This document shows positions 28,631-38,399 of a stretch of DNA of 64,000 nucleotides, piece after piece. The notes beneath the pieces were generated by a model that had not been told where the DNA came from, searched no databases, and saw only the letters and a program-made list of their open reading frames with translations. The position numbers and the translations under genes are program-made. The stretch covers positions 3,808,001 to 3,872,000 of the forward strand of contig OZ243913.1 of NCBI GenBank assembly GCA_965213705.1. Direction: 5' to 3'. This stretch comes from Trueperaceae bacterium (lineage in GTDB: Bacteria > Deinococcota > Deinococci > Deinococcales > Trueperaceae). Numbering within the stretch: position 1 is the stretch's first letter; each line of letters opens with the position of its first letter.

Positions 28631-29586
28631 CCTACCTGCTCGCGTTCGTTGTCCTGCTCGGTGTAGAACTGCTCTACTTTCGCCTTGCCAAGCGTTTCAA
28701 CATTACCGACACGCCCAACGAGCGCAGTTCGCACAGCCGCGCGACCATCCGCGGCGGCGGCATCGTTTTTGTCGTCGCCGTGCTGCTGTTCGAACTGCTG
28801 AGCGGGTTTCGGTACCCGTGGTTTTTTGTCGGCACCGTTCTTGTGGCCGGTGTCAGCTTTGTAGATGACATCGTGAGTTTGCCCAGCAAACTGCGTCTGC
28901 CGGTCCAGCTAGGGGGCGTCTTGCTGTTGCTCAAAGACACCGGGGCGTTCGCGCAACCCCTGTGGTGGCTCGTCCTTATGACGGTTGTCGTCGCGGGCAT
29001 CGCCAACGTGTTCAATTTTATGGACGGTATCAACGGCATTACCGGCATGTACGGCCTCGTCACGCTGGCGAGCTTAGGCTACCTGAACGAGCGCATCGGT
29101 TTTACTGACGGGCGTTTGATTGGCCTGGTCATCCTCAGCCTTTTGGTCTTCGGCCTGTTCAACTTTCGGCGCAAAGCAGTTTGTTTTGCGGGCGACGTGG
29201 GCAGCATCGGTCTCGCCTTCGTCGTGTTGTTTTTACTGCTCAGGCTCGTGCTGGCAACCGGCAACTATTACTTCGTGTTGCTGCTCGCCGTCTACGGGGT
29301 AGACGCCGGCCTTACCATCTTTCAGCGCCTCGCCAAGCGCGAGAACATCCTAGAGGCGCACCGCTCACACCTGTACCAGTGGCTGGTCAAGCCGGGGCCT
29401 TTTTCGCACTTGCAGGTGGCGCTTATCTACGCAACGCTGCAACTTGGCGTCAACGTCGTCGTCGTAGCGACGTGGTACGAAAGTGATTTGCAAAGATGGG
29501 CTTGGACGCTGTTAATTCTCACGCTCCTGGCGTCCGCTTATGCATGCTTGAAAAGAAATTTCAGCAGGCGCTACCACCCAGTCTAG
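28627..29586 (+). CDS. Undecaprenyl-phosphate sugar-1-phosphate transferase (WecA/WbpL, MraY-like)
   Basis: PNERSSH..T.RGGG, DD, NFMDGING, FAGDVGS, AHRSHLYQ. Confidence 0.9.
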   Translation: MTYLLAFVVLLGVELLYFRLAKRFNITDTPNERSSHSRATIRGGGIVFVVAVLLFELLSGFRYPWFFVGTVLVAGVSFVDDIVSLPSKLRLPVQLGGVLLLLKDTGAFAQPLWWLVLMTVVVAGIANVFNFMDGINGITGMYGLVTLASLGYLNERIGFTDGRLIGLVILSLLVFGLFNFRRKAVCFAGDVGSIGLAFVVLFLLLRLVLATGNYYFVLLLAVYGVDAGLTIFQRLAKRENILEAHRSHLYQWLVKPGPFSHLQVALIYATLQLGVNVVVVATWYESDLQRWAWTLLILTLLASAYACLKRNFSRRYHPV

Positions 29587-30818
29587 CTTTGGGCTTTGAA
29601 ACTTGCGTTACTGAGCACGGTTCTTTTTTGGGCGAGCAGATTTTGCCAAAGATTCAAGTACTGCTGTAGGGAGGATTCCAGACTAAAATGCTCGGTTATG
29701 TGTTTTTCAGCCTCTTCAATCACGGAAGTGCGGTCGAAGGAAGGCTCGAGAACATGCAGCGTGGCAGCCGTCGCCGCCGCTACGTCGTCAACTGGCACCA
29801 CAAACCCGTAGCGCTCGTTGGGGATAAGCTCTTCTATACCTACCGTAGCGCTTGCGACGCAGACACAACCGCTCAACATAGCCTCTTTAACAACGTTGGG
29901 CAGCCGCTCGGACTTACTCAAAAAAAGGAAAACCTCCGCGACTGCCATTTCTTCGAAAACCGTGTCGTGGTTGACGTGCCCTTTGAAGGTAACAGCGTGC
30001 TCGAGGCCTAAAACGCGGCTGTGCGCTTCTAACTCGTCTCTTTTGTCACCGTCGCCCAGGACGACCAAGCTAGCTTCCGGGTGCTGCTTCAACACGGCGG
30101 CAAAAACCGCAAGCACTTCGAACATGCCCTTGGCCTCTATCAAACGTCCAGCCGTCAGGATACGTTTGGGTATCTTTGACTTTTTGAGCAGGGCGCGGCG
30201 ACCCCGCGCAATGTCTAAGCTGTCATAAATAATTTCGATGCGCTCGGCGGGAACCCCGAAGACCTGCTCAATCTGTGCCACGTTCGCTTTTGTCAATGTG
30301 CGTACGGCGTGGGCTTGTTGGGCAACTTGTTTCGTGCCGCCGTACTGCATGTGTAGGTCGTAAGCCGCCAAAGAAAGGGTCACGACGGTTTGGGGCAGGT
30401 AGCGTTCGACGAGGTAACCCACCAAAGCAGGATAGTGGCCCCAATAAACATGAACGACGTCGGGTTGTTCGCGCTCTAACCATGAAAAGATTTCCAGGAC
30501 GCGCGGCACCAACAACAAACTTTTGAGCAAGTGTGAGGGCTTGGTTACGCTGGTTCCGACGCTGTACGAAAGCAAAGCAAAGAGGCGCTGTGGCCTTCTC
30601 AGCCCGTAACCGAGCCCCGCAAAAACCGAGGTCGTTTCGTTGTGAGTGAGCGTAAGCTTTTCCAAGTTTCTTTCTATCAGCATCTTTTTCGCGTCGGGGT
30701 GGGCGAACCTGAGGCCGTGCACGGAAACCTCGGCGTGTTTACGCAGCAGGCGCACATCGTTCGAAGCGAACGTTTCGGAGGGATAGGGAAACTGCATGGT
30801 GATATAAGCGACTTTCAC
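29583..30818 (-). CDS. Glycosyltransferase family 4
   Basis: [26 protein letters not shown]. Confidence 0.88.
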   Translation of the reverse strand: MKVAYITMQFPYPSETFASNDVRLLRKHAEVSVHGLRFAHPDAKKMLIERNLEKLTLTHNETTSVFAGLGYGLRRPQRLFALLSYSVGTSVTKPSHLLKSLLLVPRVLEIFSWLEREQPDVVHVYWGHYPALVGYLVERYLPQTVVTLSLAAYDLHMQYGGTKQVAQQAHAVRTLTKANVAQIEQVFGVPAERIEIIYDSLDIARGRRALLKKSKIPKRILTAGRLIEAKGMFEVLAVFAAVLKQHPEASLVVLGDGDKRDELEAHSRVLGLEHAVTFKGHVNHDTVFEEMAVAEVFLFLSKSERLPNVVKEAMLSGCVCVASATVGIEELIPNERYGFVVPVDDVAAATAATLHVLEPSFDRTSVIEEAEKHITEHFSLESSLQQYLNLWQNLLAQKRTVLSNASFKAQS

Positions 30819-31843
30819 TTTTCACCTCGGTTCACCCCTACCGGCTCATAGTACGAAAGGTACCAGTCGACAAACCTCGTCAGGCCCTCTTCTATGGACG
30901 TTTCAGGTTTGAAACCTACCGCACCCACCAAACCTTCCACGTCGGCGTAGGTGGCGGGAACATCGCCGGCTTGCAGCGGTAAAAACTTCTTTTCTGCTTG
31001 CTGACCAAGTTTGTCCTCGAGCGCTTCTATAAAATCCATCAAACCCACCGGGCTGTTGTTGCCGATGTTGTAGATTCGGTAAGGCGCTGCACTGGTTCCG
31101 AGACTGGGGTCTGCAGACCACGCCGGGTTCGGCGTCGGTGGTTTGTCCATCACTTTAACGACGCCCTCGACTATGTCGTCGATGTAGGTAAAATCCCGCT
31201 GCGACTCACCCTGGTTGAAAACGTTTATCGGTTTGTTTTCGGTAATCGCTTTGGCGAACAAAAAGTAGGACATGTCCGGTCGGCCCCAGGGGCCGTACAC
31301 TGTGAAAAAACGTAGACCGGTGGTGGGCAAACCGTACAAGTGGCTATAGGTGTGCGCCATGAGTTCGTTGGCTTTTTTGGTGGCGGCGTAGAGGCTTATA
31401 GGATGGTCGACAGCGTCCTTGACCGACCAGGGCAGCTTGGCGTTGGCCCCGTAGACCGAACTCGAGGACGCGAAAACCAGGTGCTCTACACCTACTTGTC
31501 GGCAACCCTCCAAGACGTTGACGAAGCCGACCAGGTTGCTGTCCACATAAGCGTGAGGATTCTCAAGCGAGTAGCGCACCCCGGCCTGCGCCGCCAAGTT
31601 GACGACGGCGGCGGGCACTTCGGTCGCGAACAGGTCAGCCATAGCGTCTCTGTCAGCAATGTCCGCTTTGTGAAACCGAAAGTTCGGGTAGGACTCGAGC
31701 TGCGCCAAGCGTGCCCGTTTGAGCGACACGTCGTAGTAGTCGTTCAGGTTGTCCACACCTACCACATCGTCGCCGCGTTCCGCCAGCCTTTTGCTGAGGT
31801 GAAAGCCTATAAAGCCCGCTGCACCTGTCATCAGAACTTTCAT
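30815..31843 (-). CDS. UDP-glucuronate 4-epimerase
   Basis: [35 protein letters not shown]. Confidence 0.9.
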   Translation of the reverse strand: MKVLMTGAAGFIGFHLSKRLAERGDDVVGVDNLNDYYDVSLKRARLAQLESYPNFRFHKADIADRDAMADLFATEVPAAVVNLAAQAGVRYSLENPHAYVDSNLVGFVNVLEGCRQVGVEHLVFASSSSVYGANAKLPWSVKDAVDHPISLYAATKKANELMAHTYSHLYGLPTTGLRFFTVYGPWGRPDMSYFLFAKAITENKPINVFNQGESQRDFTYIDDIVEGVVKVMDKPPTPNPAWSADPSLGTSAAPYRIYNIGNNSPVGLMDFIEALEDKLGQQAEKKFLPLQAGDVPATYADVEGLVGAVGFKPETSIEEGLTRFVDWYLSYYEPVGVNRGEK

Positions 31844-31867
31844 TCTATCTCCTCAGTCGGTACGAAA

Positions 31868-33085
31868 CTAGCTCTTTGCAGAGAAAGTCGACTTAGACAG
31901 CTTTGGCGTCACAAGCTCTATGTCTCGAGCGCGCGTGGTTAACACCGGAACTTCGCTGGCGAGCAACGCCAGTACAAACCAAGTGTATTTATACGAATCG
32001 GCACTTAACGAAAAAATACTCACGAGCAGCGTCGCCAATGTCACCAACACAAAAGTTCTTTGAGAAAACTTACCTACGAGGGCAGGAATAAAGATAGAAG
32101 CAATAATAAGTAAGAATAGGCTCAACCCCACGACTCCAGTGTTAACCAAAACTGCCAGATAAGCATTGTGAGAACTAATTGCCCTACCATAAATTGGTCT
32201 AATGGCTTCAGCATAACTGCCCTGACCGACACCTAAATAGGGATGTTCGGCAAATACCTGTAACCCCGCCGCCCAAATGGCTCTTCTACCTGTTAAACTA
32301 CCCTGCGTTAGCTCGTATGAGGTCTCGGAGAGTCGGGCTGTGCTAGCTTGCAGTTCGGGGAAAACCTCAGGTGCGTAAACAAAGATAAACCACACACCCA
32401 AAGCCAAAAACGTAAAAAGACCTATCTTTTTCAGGGGACCAAGCTTGTTAAATGTAAAAGGAACAATTGTCAAAGCGATAAGCGCCGCTATGAACCCTCC
32501 CCTGGAAGCGGCCACGACTATACCTGCAACTGCCAGAGGCAAATACATAAGGTTAACGACATAAAGCCATCTGTTTTTAAAAGCAAAGGTCAGTCGCCAC
32601 GCCATAGGTATGCCTAGAGCAAGGACTACAGCAAAATCGTTGGCATTGAGGCCTTCCCCAAACTGTCTGAAGTTTGCGTCGATACTAAAAAAATACCTCA
32701 GCACAATGATCAAGCTTATATAAGCACCAACAATATACATTTGGAGTAAAATTTCCCTATCACGGCTTGTCCTACCGAACTCCCATATCAGCCAGGACAT
32801 AATAAGAAGCTGAACAAACGTTACCGTTTTGCTTAAGGCAATCCCAGGAACGAGGCTCCAGTAGTACGTAAGCGAACCCCAAAAGATAAATACTGTTGTT
32901 ATAATTAAGAAAAGCGAGGGGGGTTTGAAGGTCAGAGCGTTACGCCTGTAAAGTGCAGCGACACCTATGAAAACAGCCAACACACCTATAAGCTTGGTCA
33001 CACTACCGTTGGCTACTACAATGATGTTTTCAACAGGAATAGTTAAAACAAACAAACCAAGGATGACAAGTGCTACAACGCGCAT
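31868..33085 (-). CDS. O-antigen ligase / Wzy polymerase family membrane protein
   Basis: About 10-12 TM segments; NAN, SRGG, R..IW..G, P.LGVG.G and HN.YL motifs. Confidence 0.85.
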   Translation of the reverse strand: MRVVALVILGLFVLTIPVENIIVVANGSVTKLIGVLAVFIGVAALYRRNALTFKPPSLFLIITTVFIFWGSLTYYWSLVPGIALSKTVTFVQLLIMSWLIWEFGRTSRDREILLQMYIVGAYISLIIVLRYFFSIDANFRQFGEGLNANDFAVVLALGIPMAWRLTFAFKNRWLYVVNLMYLPLAVAGIVVAASRGGFIAALIALTIVPFTFNKLGPLKKIGLFTFLALGVWFIFVYAPEVFPELQASTARLSETSYELTQGSLTGRRAIWAAGLQVFAEHPYLGVGQGSYAEAIRPIYGRAISSHNAYLAVLVNTGVVGLSLFLLIIASIFIPALVGKFSQRTFVLVTLATLLVSIFSLSADSYKYTWFVLALLASEVPVLTTRARDIELVTPKLSKSTFSAKS

Positions 33086-33087
33086 AT

Positions 33088-34047
33088 CTATTTTCCAACT
33101 CCAAAATGCTTCTTGAACGAGCGAACCCTATCTCGCACATTTCGAACCCCCGCCAAGGCGGGAAGACCCCCCTTGGAAAGAGCGAAGTACGCCAAAAGTT
33201 CAATATCAAAAGGCCTTTTCTGTAACGCCTCAGCCAAGATATCCGCTGCCTTCGCCGGTTGGCCTACACTCAAAAAATACTTAGCGAAGAACTTTTGGTG
33301 GTACAAATAAGAGGCAGGATACCGTTCAAATAGATGTCGGTGTTTCGTAAGCAAAAGGTCGAAGGCGTCAAGCTTACTCTGAATGTCGTTGCTGATGTTG
33401 CCTTGCTGGTGACGGTGAAAAATGACCAGGGGCTCACTGACGTACTCGAACTTACAAATTCGAGCCAATCGTAAGTATAGGTCATAATCCTGACTGGCGG
33501 GAAAGCGTACGTCAAACATACCTACCTCAAGCAAGTCGGCACGTCTGCACAGCAAAGTGGACGTCGTACTGACGCTGTTGTGTTTAAGGAGGTTTTCTAA
33601 AATGTCCCCCCTAAGCACCGGTAAGCTCACAGTTGTCGGTCTACCGTCCGAATAGACGTTTTGATAGCCTGTGTAAGCAACCAAACAGGTTGAGTCAGCC
33701 TCAAAAAGCGCAAGCTGCTTCTCTAACTTTTGCGGCAACCACGCGTCGTCATCATCTAGAAAGGCAACGTACTCCCCCCGTGCAGCTTCAATGCCCGTGT
33801 TTCTGGCGGCACCCCCACCCTGGTTGAAGCTGTGTTTTAAATAGTTTATACGCACTTCGTCCTGGTACTGAGCCATAAACTGTTCAGTTTCTCGCCGATA
33901 GTCGCTGTCAGGGTTGTTGTCATCAACGACTATCACTTCCCAACTGCTGTGCGTCTGCTGCATAACACTGTCTAGCGCACGGTGTAAAAACAGCGGCCGC
34001 TTGTAAGTAGGTATGACGATGCTGACCAAACCTTTAAAGACATCCAC
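33088..34047 (-). CDS. Glycosyltransferase family 2
   Basis: SIVIPTYKR, ARNTG, FLDDDD, QDYD. Confidence 0.92.
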   Translation of the reverse strand: MDVFKGLVSIVIPTYKRPLFLHRALDSVMQQTHSSWEVIVVDDNNPDSDYRRETEQFMAQYQDEVRINYLKHSFNQGGGAARNTGIEAARGEYVAFLDDDDAWLPQKLEKQLALFEADSTCLVAYTGYQNVYSDGRPTTVSLPVLRGDILENLLKHNSVSTTSTLLCRRADLLEVGMFDVRFPASQDYDLYLRLARICKFEYVSEPLVIFHRHQQGNISNDIQSKLDAFDLLLTKHRHLFERYPASYLYHQKFFAKYFLSVGQPAKAADILAEALQKRPFDIELLAYFALSKGGLPALAGVRNVRDRVRSFKKHFGVGK

Positions 34048-34175
34048 AAAAGTATTCTACCGTTTCAACTCAGTGGCAGCAGTGATATTGCGTAAGTGGC
34101 TAGTGGTTGCGCAGGACAATCGACGTGACAGCTCTGCAGTTTGTAAAGCTGACAGTTTGCTAAGATAGGTTGACC

Positions 34176-35330
34176 ATGAGCACTCACACAGGCCCAAAAA
34201 TCGCCCTCTTTTTACCTTCTTTAGAGGGGGGCGGAGCCGAACGAATTATGGCTAATCTGGCGAACGGCTTTGCCGAGCGGGGAATTGTAACCGACCTAGT
34301 TTTGGTACAGGCAAAAGGTCCTTATTTGTCACAAATTTCCTCGAAAGTAAACGTTGTCGACCTACAAGCTCCACGCACCCTTTTCAGTCTCAAGGCGCTG
34401 TTGCGCTACATTCATTCGAGCAAACCCACAGTCATCATCTCAGCTCTAAACTACACCAACCTGGTTGCTGTTTGGGCTAAACGCTTCGCTAGGACACCTG
34501 TCAAGGTTTTGATAACCATTCACAATCAGTTGACAGTGCCCAGAGTTGAAAAAGCTTCCAACAAAGAGAGGCTAGTAACAAGCCTTATGCGCCCCTTTTT
34601 CCCCTGGGCAGACAAAATTATCGCCGTCTCAGACGGAGTGGCAGACGACGCTGCAGACGCGATAGGTCTTAAAAGAAATACTATAACCACTGTCTACAAC
34701 CCTGTCGTGTCGGCAGAGATGCTGAGCAAGGGTAAGGAGAATCCTCGCCACCCTTGGTTGGCCGAGGGACAACCGCCCGTTGTGCTCGCCATCGGACGAT
34801 TCTATGAACAAAAAGATTTTCCTACACTTTTGCGCGCTTTTAGCCAGGCACGACGAACCCGAACCTGCCGCCTTATTATTCTGGGCGAAGGGCCTATGCG
34901 TTCAGACCTCGAGCACCTTGTCGACGAACTGGATATAAAAGATAGTGTAGACCTACCGGGGTTTGTCAACAACCCCTACGCATATCTCGCCAGGGCACAG
35001 GTTTTCGCCTTGTCCTCTAAGTGGGAAGGCTTGCCCACCGTACTTATAGAAGCTTTGGCTTTCGGTAAAAGCATCGTAGCGACAAACTGCAAAAGTGGAC
35101 CGGAAGAAATACTCATGGGGGGCAAGTACGGGCGACTGGTCCCCGTGAGCGATCCGGAAGCCTTTGCTCAGGCCCTCGACGACGCCCTATCACAATTGGA
35201 AAAGGCGGTTGATACAAAGGCAAAGGTTCATACAGAAGCTTATAGCAGATTCACTATGGAAAGTGCTGTCAATGCCTACCTCGAGGCAGCCGAGCTAAGT
35301 ACGTTAAAAAGTTCAGCCAACCCATCCTGA
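34176..35330 (+). CDS. Glycosyltransferase family 4 (WabH-like)
   Basis: GGAER, YNPV, QKDF, SKWEGLPTVLIEA. Confidence 0.9.
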   Translation: MSTHTGPKIALFLPSLEGGGAERIMANLANGFAERGIVTDLVLVQAKGPYLSQISSKVNVVDLQAPRTLFSLKALLRYIHSSKPTVIISALNYTNLVAVWAKRFARTPVKVLITIHNQLTVPRVEKASNKERLVTSLMRPFFPWADKIIAVSDGVADDAADAIGLKRNTITTVYNPVVSAEMLSKGKENPRHPWLAEGQPPVVLAIGRFYEQKDFPTLLRAFSQARRTRTCRLIILGEGPMRSDLEHLVDELDIKDSVDLPGFVNNPYAYLARAQVFALSSKWEGLPTVLIEALAFGKSIVATNCKSGPEEILMGGKYGRLVPVSDPEAFAQALDDALSQLEKAVDTKAKVHTEAYSRFTMESAVNAYLEAAELSTLKSSANPS

Positions 35331-35373
35331 AAACCGAAAAGAGCTGAGATGTATCTCAGCTCTTTTCGGTTTT
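35330..35373. terminator. Bidirectional terminator, perfect 21-bp inverted repeat
   Basis: AAAACCGAAAAGAGCTGAGAT-GT-ATCTCAGCTCTTTTCGGTTTT between convergent genes. Confidence 0.85.
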
Positions 35374-35386
35374 GATTGAAACATAG

Positions 35387-37447
35387 CTACTTGATGGTCT
35401 CGGTGACGAGCATGGCTGTAGGGATGAACACTCTTTTTGGCTTTACGTTGTATTTCTGATTTTCTACCTCGTAGAAGACATTACGAACTGCTTTTTCAAT
35501 TCTACTACCTGAGTTCTTATCCCAGGCCGTTAGGAAAGGAAAGCTGCTCTCGGCGAAATTAGCCGGTGTCATTCTACTCCAAGAGGTGCTCGAAGCCGGG
35601 ATACCCGCCCGAGACCTACCTCCACCGATGTCGCGGGCAAAGGAATCTAAACTGCTATCGTCAATAACGAACGCCGAAACTGTGTTAGCTAACTTTGCCA
35701 TCGTAGAATCGCTGGCATACTTGTCAAATCCATCGAAATGAAGGTCAACAGCTTCTTGAATGACGTAGCGAGCGTAATGTTGTGGCATGAGAAAGTTTGA
35801 GCGATACTCCTCCTGTGAATCTATAAGGGAAAGAGCGCCTCTAGCCCACACCAGAGCCGAGCCATATTCCGAGGAGGTTGCTTTAAACTCGTCATCCCAA
35901 AGAATATCGGCCATGCGCTCGGCTTCTTTCGTATAGGCGCTGTTCCCAGTCAGCTTACCCATGTAGTAGTGCCACTTCATGAACGAGTGGTAGGTGTGGA
36001 AGGTGTAGTGCTTAGCAAAAGGGAAACCTGACCGCACACCATTACGCTTACGCCACTTCGCCTCGAAGTGGTTGACGAGGTAGTTTTCCCAGAAGTCGGC
36101 GTGGGCACCGTAATTGACACCGCTAGGGCTTTTCAAATCACGGTTGTTTTGGAGCGCCCAGGCAATCTCGGAAACTAAAGCGTTGGCTTTGAGATCGTAA
36201 GCAACCTGAACATCTTTACCTGCAAACTGAGAAGAGGTATCATGGCGGTCCACCCAGTTTAAAAAGCCGTCCTTCGTTCCATCTGTGCCATCACGCGTAC
36301 CACGCCACCCGTCGGCAAGTTCTTCGCGCATGAGTTGAGCGATGCGGTCCACTTGGTCTAGTAGGCGCAAATCGCCTGTCATACGGAAAGCAAGAAGAAG
36401 GCTGGTAGTGTAGTCCTGTAGGTCACCGCGGTACAAGTAGCTATTATCCGACTTTGCTAGCTTGATTGCATTGGGATACTGGTTGGGATTGTTGATAGCC
36501 TCCCACAGCGCGTTGTACCATTCGCGTTGAGAAGACGACAAATCGCTCCTCGAGAACCCAGGGTCACCGCGCAAGGCATATTTACCTTTTGCCTTCGGGC
36601 TGGGACTGGGGTCGTTGGGTTCGGGGCTTGCAGTCGTGCCGCTGTTGCTGACCTTGGCCGTTTTACTCACAACCGTTTTCTTGCCTGAGGTTGAGACGAT
36701 TTCAGCCGTGAACGTATGGTCGCCGTTCTTAAGGTCGCTGGTGTCGAAGCTTTGCGCTTTGCCGCCCTTAGCTGTACCCGCGAGGTCGTAGTAAGGAATC
36801 CGCTCGACCTGGTCCGGCGAACCCTTACGGCCCGAGTCGTCGACATAAAAGTTGACTTGTTCGACCTTTGAGCTGGGAACCACGAAAATGTGGGCGTCTC
36901 CCGTCAAACTGCCTTCTCCTAGCAACTTTGCGTCCGAGCGATCGGCACGCTTGCTCACCAGTAACCGGTCAGCCAGTTCACCGTGGTTGTCTACCAAAAA
37001 AGCTGCACTGGCGAGCTTTGCACTGCCGTCGGCGTAACGAATATCCGCCGTGGCCGTGTGCATACCGTCCGTCAGCACTTGGGTGTCGAGTTTGTTTACG
37101 GACTCAGTCGCCAAACCCGACGGAAAGAAGTTCGCGTAGGGTGCGCCCTGCCGCTCGGCGTCGTCGATGTACAAGCTTACCCGCTCGACACCTTCTTCGG
37201 CAAAGAACAAGTAGATGTCGCTCGTGACGACGCTCATGTCCAGAACTTTAGCGCTCGAGCGGTCAACTTCTGTGTTTACCAACAAACCCTTGTACAGTTC
37301 GTAGGGTTCTTCGACTTCGGTACTGGGTATGCGGGTTTCGGTCACACCGCAAGCCGTCAAGACCAAAATAAAACCGATAAAAATCAGAAGTACCGTGCCG
37401 AACTTGCGATTGTACTTGCCCCACTGTGCGTTTCTCAAAACCTTCAC
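35387..37447 (-). CDS. Lipoprotein: two Ig-like repeats plus unknown ~400-aa helical domain (paralog 1)
   Basis: Lipobox LTAC; two DT..L.(D/N)G.HT.TA.I repeats; Pro linker; C-domain shared with paralogs 2 and 3. Confidence 0.85.
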   Translation of the reverse strand: MKVLRNAQWGKYNRKFGTVLLIFIGFILVLTACGVTETRIPSTEVEEPYELYKGLLVNTEVDRSSAKVLDMSVVTSDIYLFFAEEGVERVSLYIDDAERQGAPYANFFPSGLATESVNKLDTQVLTDGMHTATADIRYADGSAKLASAAFLVDNHGELADRLLVSKRADRSDAKLLGEGSLTGDAHIFVVPSSKVEQVNFYVDDSGRKGSPDQVERIPYYDLAGTAKGGKAQSFDTSDLKNGDHTFTAEIVSTSGKKTVVSKTAKVSNSGTTASPEPNDPSPSPKAKGKYALRGDPGFSRSDLSSSQREWYNALWEAINNPNQYPNAIKLAKSDNSYLYRGDLQDYTTSLLLAFRMTGDLRLLDQVDRIAQLMREELADGWRGTRDGTDGTKDGFLNWVDRHDTSSQFAGKDVQVAYDLKANALVSEIAWALQNNRDLKSPSGVNYGAHADFWENYLVNHFEAKWRKRNGVRSGFPFAKHYTFHTYHSFMKWHYYMGKLTGNSAYTKEAERMADILWDDEFKATSSEYGSALVWARGALSLIDSQEEYRSNFLMPQHYARYVIQEAVDLHFDGFDKYASDSTMAKLANTVSAFVIDDSSLDSFARDIGGGRSRAGIPASSTSWSRMTPANFAESSFPFLTAWDKNSGSRIEKAVRNVFYEVENQKYNVKPKRVFIPTAMLVTETIK

Positions 37448-37505
37448 CTCTCTGTTCCTTCATAGCGTTGTGTACCTTTGACAAAGAAGTAGCGACCCTA
37501 GTTGT

Positions 37506-37650
37506 CACTACCCTCAGCCGGTTGCGCCACTTGCTCGGCCTATTCAAGGCGCCCATTAAGGCTCGAGGGTAAGACTCGGCAGTGGCTGTTTTGCCACCAG
37601 CAAGCCCGACACCTGAACCCCTAAAAATAGGCTTCATCGCATCTGGGGTG
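37506..37650 (-). ncRNA. c-di-GMP-II riboswitch with ~69-nt hairpin insertion
   Basis: Minus strand: CCCCAG-AUGC-GAUGAA-GCCUAUUU-[insert]-UGGGCGCCUU-GAAUAGGC-CGAG-CAAGUGGCGCAACCGG-CUGAGGG; kink-turn, P3 and pseudoknot all pair. Confidence 0.8.
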
Positions 37651-38210
37651 GTTGGTTTTTCAAACCTCGTCCCTCAGCAAGAGCCAAACTAACTTGGGTG
37701 TTTATGAAAACAATTAAGCTTTTAAGAGAGTTTTCTGAGAAAAAAATTCACTAATCCTGATATTCCACGTTCTATGAAGGATATTTTAACTTTCTCATAA
37801 TGACTAGCGTACTCATAATTCATGACGAATGAGCGCTTTCTTACGTCAAACGTGAGTACCGGAATGTTGAAAACAGTTTTATGAGAACAGTTTTTCATAC
37901 ACAGAGGGGGCGGATGCAACGGTCTGTTTTACATGCTTCAGTTTCAGCGGAGGTGGTTCGAGAACAAGTAAAAACGTCGGCACGGGAGCAGCACGTTTGT
38001 GCGGTCTGCATTTTTGTGTCAACCCATGTTCGTTTAGACTTCTACTTTGTAGCTTGCAGGGTCAGCAGTGACTCGAGCCTAACCCGCGTTTGCAAATAAT
38101 TCAAACCACAAAATGGACCCTCAACTGTTTGTGACCCATATCACCAGTCCTAGACATGGGAGATTTTTCATACACTGTACTTTCTGTATCGCGTACCATA
38201 CTTGGCAATG

Positions 38211-38308
38211 AGGGTTACCTCCCTCAGAGGCGATGAAACCCCTTCCGTATTTGGGCGCTTGGAACGGGTGGAGCCAGTAGCGCAACCGGCTGAGGGTAGG
38301 GTAACTCT
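38211..38308 (+). ncRNA. c-di-GMP-II riboswitch
   Basis: CCCUCAG-AGGC-GAUGAA-ACCCCUUCC-GUAUU-UGGGCGCUU-GGAACGGGU-GGAGCCAGUAGCGCAACCGG-CUGAGGG follows the class II layout (P1, kink-turn, UGGGCRC/GYGCAACC pseudoknot). Confidence 0.9.
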
Positions 38309-38399
38309 GTTTTTTATCCTACCCGACAAGCAAGTGCTGTAAAGGGTCGAGCCGAGGTTCGACTGCTACTTCACTTACGTGAAGGGATAGGACTAGGTC

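Noticed and set aside
37263..38099. Small ORFs in the divergent intergenic region
   Set aside because: No RBS or recognisable protein; they overlap the riboswitch and AT-rich promoter DNA
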